Assembly (NCBI RefSeq): GCF_963921235.1
Contig: NC_086097.1
Span: 3,720,001-3,784,000, forward strand
DNA: 64,000 bases
Origin: Mobula hypostoma
Taxonomy: Eukaryota
Reading direction: 5' to 3'
Part shown: piece by piece, positions 58,738-64,000 of the stretch
How the letters are laid out: each line of letters opens with the position of its first letter
How positions within the stretch are numbered: position 1 is the stretch's first letter
The notes under the pieces: generated by a model
What the model saw: only the letters and a program-made list of their open reading frames with translations
What the model was told of the DNA's origin: nothing
Databases searched by the model: none
Made by a program: the position numbers and the translations under genes

Positions 58738-61700
58738 CCTCCCACAGTGGTAGCAGCTGTAGGGGAAGAAGTACCCAAAGATTGTTAAAACACCTGTGCC
58801 TTGCCAAGTTTTCTTTAAAAATTTGCCACATTCCTTGCCATCTGTGTCCAATTCTGTTTAAAAAAATCTGGGAGCTTCTGGACAACTAAATTCTTGAGGC
58901 GTAATTTCAAAGGAGATGTGAAGGTCAAGATTTTTGCACAGAGAGTGGTGGGTGCCTGGAGTGAGCTGCCTGGCGTGGGGGTAGAGGCAGATACAGTAGG
59001 GACATTTAAGAGACGTTTAGATAGACACAAGAATGTGAGGGAGATGGACACTGTGTAGGCAGAGGGGATTAGTTTAGTTGGCCACTAGATCGGCACAACA
59101 TTGTGGGCTGAAGGGCCTGTTCCTGTGTTTTAAACATAATCTAATCTAATCTGTCTGGTCTATACATGTGTTGACTTGGAGAAAGTTTCCACCACATACT
59201 GAACAGGACGTCTTATATCAGCCTGGCATGACCCATTGGAGAATGCAAACATGTGATGACATTTTCCCACTGTTGCTCCCACACTGTGACATCTTCGTGG
59301 AGATGGTACTGAAAGGCAGGCAGAAAATTGATGAGAAGCGAAGGGCGGGGAGGTGGGGGGTGTGGCACGATGCAGAGAGTGCCATTCTGTGGTGCTTTTT
59401 AACGTTGCTTTTAGAGCTGTCTCATACAGCTTTACATAAAACCATATGACTTAGGAGCAAGTTTAGGCCTTCTGACCATTCCATCATGGCTGATTCATTA
59501 TCCCTCTCAATTCCATTCTCCTGCCTTCCCCCGTAACCTTTGACATCGTGACTAATCAGACCCATCCAAATCCACTTTAAATATACCCAATGACTTGGCC
59601 TCCACAGCCGTCTATGGCAATGAATTCCACAGATTCACCACCCTCTGGTAAAAGAAATTCATCAGCTCTGTTCCAAATGGACTTCTCTCTATTCTGAGGC
59701 TGTGCCCTTTGGTCCTACTCTCTCCCTCTGTAGGAAACATCCTCTCCACATCCACTCTATATAGGCCTTTCAATACTCCTTAGGTTTCAGTAAGTTACCC
59801 CTTCATTCTTCTGAACTCCAGTGAGTACAGACCCAGAGCCATCAAAAGCTGCTCATACGTTAACCCCTTCCAGGAATCATACAGGCGATCAAGTACTTTT
59901 GAGGTCTAACCACTATGACTGTCCCTAAATTGGATGCAGTGGGGCCTCGCAACTCAGCCTCTGTTGTGCTGTATCAGATCATCCAACTCGCTGCAGTCTC
60001 TGAGTTTTCAGATCTCCCTCCTGGACACCCCAAAACCAGAGTCAACATCACCTCTGTTTACAGAGCATGGTGCATGCCTGGCAGGTGGCAGGACAGTGGC
60101 AAAGAATCACAGAGCAGCAAACAATGCACATTGAGAAACACTTGTGGTAACACAAGTTTAAAGAGCAAGATACGACAACATTATGTCCTTGTTTTCACAT
60201 CCCTCCACGGTCTCAGCCCTTCCTTTCACTGTATTCTCCTCAGGCTCTACATACAAATGATGTAACTGCACTCCTACTCTTAAATAACCCAGCCTTAATG
60301 ATTCCACTCTTCGGAAGCATGTGCCAAATTCCAGAGGTTTGGAAATTTCACACTAGATGTAACAGAAAAGCCACGGATGTACCGTGGAGAGCAGTCTAAC
60401 TGGTTGCATCACTGTCTGGTGCAGAGGGGCCACTGCACAGGATCGGAAAGAGCTGCAGAAAGTGATCAACTCAACCAGCACCACCATGGGCACTATTCTC
60501 CCCAGCACTGAAAACGCCTTTCATTTGTTTATTTATTCAGATATTATTTACTGAGATTCCATTCAGAATAGGCCTTCCAGCCCCTTGAGCTGCATTGCCA
60601 GCATCCCCCTGATTTAATCCCTGTCTAAACATGGGACAATTAACAATTAACCAAACAACCAATACATGCTGTGGACTGTGGGAGGAAACTGGAGCACCGG
60701 GAGCAAACCCATGGGGAGAAGGTACAAATTCCTTACAGGCAGCGGTGTGAATTGAACCAGTTTTGCCTGTACTGTGAAGCTTTGTGCTAACCACTACACT
60801 ACCGTGCCCCCCATCTCCAAAAGGTGATGCCTCAAAAAGGCTGCATCCATCATCAAACACCAACATCACCTCGGACGTGTCCTCTTCTCATTGCTACCAT
60901 CGAGGAGGAGGTACAAGAGCTTGAAGGCAAACACTCAATGTTTCAGGAACAGCTTCTTTCCCTCAGCCATCAGATTTCTGGAAGGACAATGAACCCGTGT
61001 CCTCCAAAAGGACCACATCCTTGTCGTGGTTTGGAGGCTTGCGTGTCTCAATGACCCGGAGAGCTGTGTTGGCTGGAGTCAGGGCTTTATGCTTTGATTC
61101 TTGGTAAGGTCACCCATGCCAGGTCATAGGGTAGATGACAGACTAGGAGTGGTCTACTGGTCCTCCAGGTTTAGGGGCTCAGCTCAGACCTAACTACCCT
61201 CTGGTCATATAAAGCCATTTCAGAAACAGCACAGAAGAATCCTTCTACATCTGAGTGGCCAAGGACAGAGAGAGATGGAGGACTTCATTGCTGCCCTAAA
61301 CACCAGCGGCGTAACGGAAAGTAAGTAAGTAATGAAGCGATGTGCACCTCCTCACTATTGTCTGTTTTTCTTTGCTCTCTTTTTGAACTATTTATTTAAT
61401 TTAATTTTGTATATATGATTTCTTACTGTAATTTATAGTTTTGTTTTATTATTACGTATTGTAATGTATCCGGAAGCAGGGTGGAGATAGCAGAGGAGGT
61501 GCAAGGCGCTCTTTCCCTCTGCTAGCCTGGAGATCACCCCTGGGCAGGGTGTAGCACCTGCTTAGCCCCCGATCAGGGTCACGTGAAGCCATGGGAGCAG
61601 CTGGTGCATATCACAAGTCCTGGATATGCAACCACTGATGCCAGGCAGACAATCTCCGAAGAGTATTGACAATGGCTGAGGTTACCCATCTTTCAAAGGC

Positions 61701-62779
61701 ACTGCCCAGAAAATGGCAAAAACAAGCCACCTCTGTAGAAAAATTTGTTAAGACAAATCAAGATCATGGAGACCATGATCGCCCACGTCATACGACAGGG
61801 CACATAATGATGATGATGATATATGATGATATTGTACTGATGCCACAAAACAATAAATTCCAAACCACATGCCAGTGATATTAACCCTGATTCTGATTCG
61901 GATCCTGAACCGGATCTTGGACTAAGATGTTGATCTCCTTTAGTACATCTTCAAACAGTTTGGATTTTATACAAGTTTTATCAAGTTTTGATAACGTCAC
62001 TTTCAATTACGTCGTGACTATTTGCTATTTCAAAAGCATAGTATTAATGCATGTGGTTGTTGGTGAAGAGAATATTCACAGTAAACATCGCTTGCTTTTA
62101 TTTCCCCCAGCAATCATCATTATAGTATCTATTCAGATTCAAAGTAAAAGAGCAACAACTTAAAGATTCAATATTGTTTAACATCATTTCCCGTACACAA
62201 GTGTAAAAGGAATGAGTCATAGATGTGAACAGCACTGAATCAGACCATTTGGCCCTTCCAGTCCTGCCGAACCATTTGATCTGTTTACTCCCATTGACAT
62301 GCACCTGAACCATAGCCCTCCAAACCCCGGCCATCCAAACCTCTCTTGTATGCTGAATTTGTGCTCGCATGCACCACTTACACTGGCAGCTCGTTCCACA
62401 CTCTCAGCACCCGCTGACTGAAGAAGTTTCCCCTTATGTTCCCTATAGCCTTTCTACCTCTCGCCCTTAACCCATGACCTCTACTTGTTGTCCCAAACAA
62501 CCTCAGTGGAAAAAGCCTACTTGCATTTACCCTATCTATATCCCTCTTAATGTTTTATACCTTGAACAAATTTTCTCTCAATCTTCTACATTCCAAGTCG
62601 TGACCTATTCAATCTTTTCCTGTAACTCAGGTCCTCCAGACCTGGCAACATCTTTGTAAATTTTCTCTGTACTCTTTCAACCTTGTTTACATCTTTCCTG
62701 TAGATGGGTGACCAGAACTGTACACAATACTCCAAATTAAGCCTCACCAACATCTTCTGATCACAATACAATTAATTTC

Positions 62780-64000
62780 AACATGAAATTTGATAGAGGG
62801 AAAGCAAAGTCTGATGTAGCAGTATTTCAGTGGAGTAAGGGAAATTACAGTGGTATGAGAGAGGAGTTGGCCAAAGTAAATTGGAAGGAGATGCTGGCAG
62901 GGATGTCAGCAGAGCAGCAATGGTGTGAGTTTCTGGGAAAAATGAGGAAGGTGCAGAACACATATATTCCAAAAATGAAGAAATATTCAAATGGTAAAAT
63001 AGTACAACCATGGTGACAAGGGAAGACAAACCTACTGTAAAAGCAAAAGAAAAATTAGTGGGAAGATTGAGGATTGGGAAGTTTTTAAAAACCTACAGAG
63101 AGCAACTAAAATCATTAGGAGGGAAAAGATGAAATATGAAATAGCAAATAATATCAAAGTAGATAGAAAGCATAGAAAACCTACAGCATAATACAGGCCC
63201 TTCGGCCCACAAAGTTGTGTCGAACATGTCCCTACCTTAGAAATTACTAGGGTTACCCACAGCCCTCTATTTTTCTAAGCTCCATGTACCTATCCAAAAG
63301 TCTCTTAAAAGACCCTATCGTATCCACCTCCACCACCATTGCCAGCAGCCCATTCCACGCACTCACCACACTCTGTGTAAAAAACTTACCCCTGACATCT
63401 CCTCTGTACCTACTCCCAAGCACCTTAAACCTGTGCCCTCTTGTGGCAGCCATTTCAGCCCTGGGAAAAAGCCTCTGACTATCCACATGATCAATGCCTC
63501 TCATCACTTTATACACTGTAAAAGTTTTTTCCAGTATGTAAAAAATAAAAGTGAAATGAGTGTGGATATAGGACCGCTAGAAAATGAGGCAGAAGAAATA
63601 ATGATGGGGACAAGGAGATGGCAGATAAACTAAATGAGTATTTTGTATCAGTCTTCACAGTGGAAGACACTAGTAGTGTGTCAGATGTTGTAGTGTGTGA
63701 AGGTAGAGAAGTAGGTGAAGTTACTATTACAAGGGAGAAGGTGCTCAAAAGCTGAAAGACCTAAAGGTACATCAGTCACCCGGACCAGATGAACTGCATC
63801 TTAGGGTTCTGAAAGAGATAGCATTAGAGATAGGGGTGGCACTGGAAATGATCTTTCCAAAATCTTTGGACTCTGCCATGGTGCCAGAGGACTGGAAAAT
63901 GGCAAATGTCACTCCACTCTTTAAGAAAGGTGGAAGACAGCAGAAAAGAAACTATCGACCAGTTAGCCTGACCTCAGTGGTTGGGAAGATGTTAGAGTCA
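62780..64000 (+). mobile_element. CR1 ORF2 fragment interrupted by a minus-strand CR1 3' end (~63165-63515)
   Basis: SPGPDELH..VLKE...[34 protein letters not shown]. Confidence 0.85.

Overview
Eukaryotic (vertebrate) genomic DNA, most likely from a cartilaginous fish such as a ray, inferred from its HE1-type V-SINEs and CR1, Penelope and Rex1 repeats. The window holds the complete coding region of an ASB2 (ankyrin repeat and SOCS box 2) orthologue on the minus strand, CDS 58737 to 6284. It has nine coding exons for a beta-type isoform (650 aa, UIM at the N-terminus). A second start, for an alpha-type isoform (584 aa), lies in a 5' extension of coding exon 2, and the last intron is GC-AG. The introns and flanks are dense with transposons: CR1, Penelope, an L1 with a twin-priming inversion, an R4/Dong-like LINE, Rex1/Babar, RTE-derived elements, solo LTRs and MITEs. 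Several retroelements carry self-cleaving ribozyme motifs: clear minimal hammerheads in Penelope ends, degenerate twister cores in RTE-derived elements, and a weak HDV-like candidate. Most ORFs in the supplied track are transposon fragments or spurious. No database search was run: family assignments come from remembered motifs, and repeat boundaries are approximate unless a target-site duplication (TSD) or terminal inverted repeat (TIR) is quoted.
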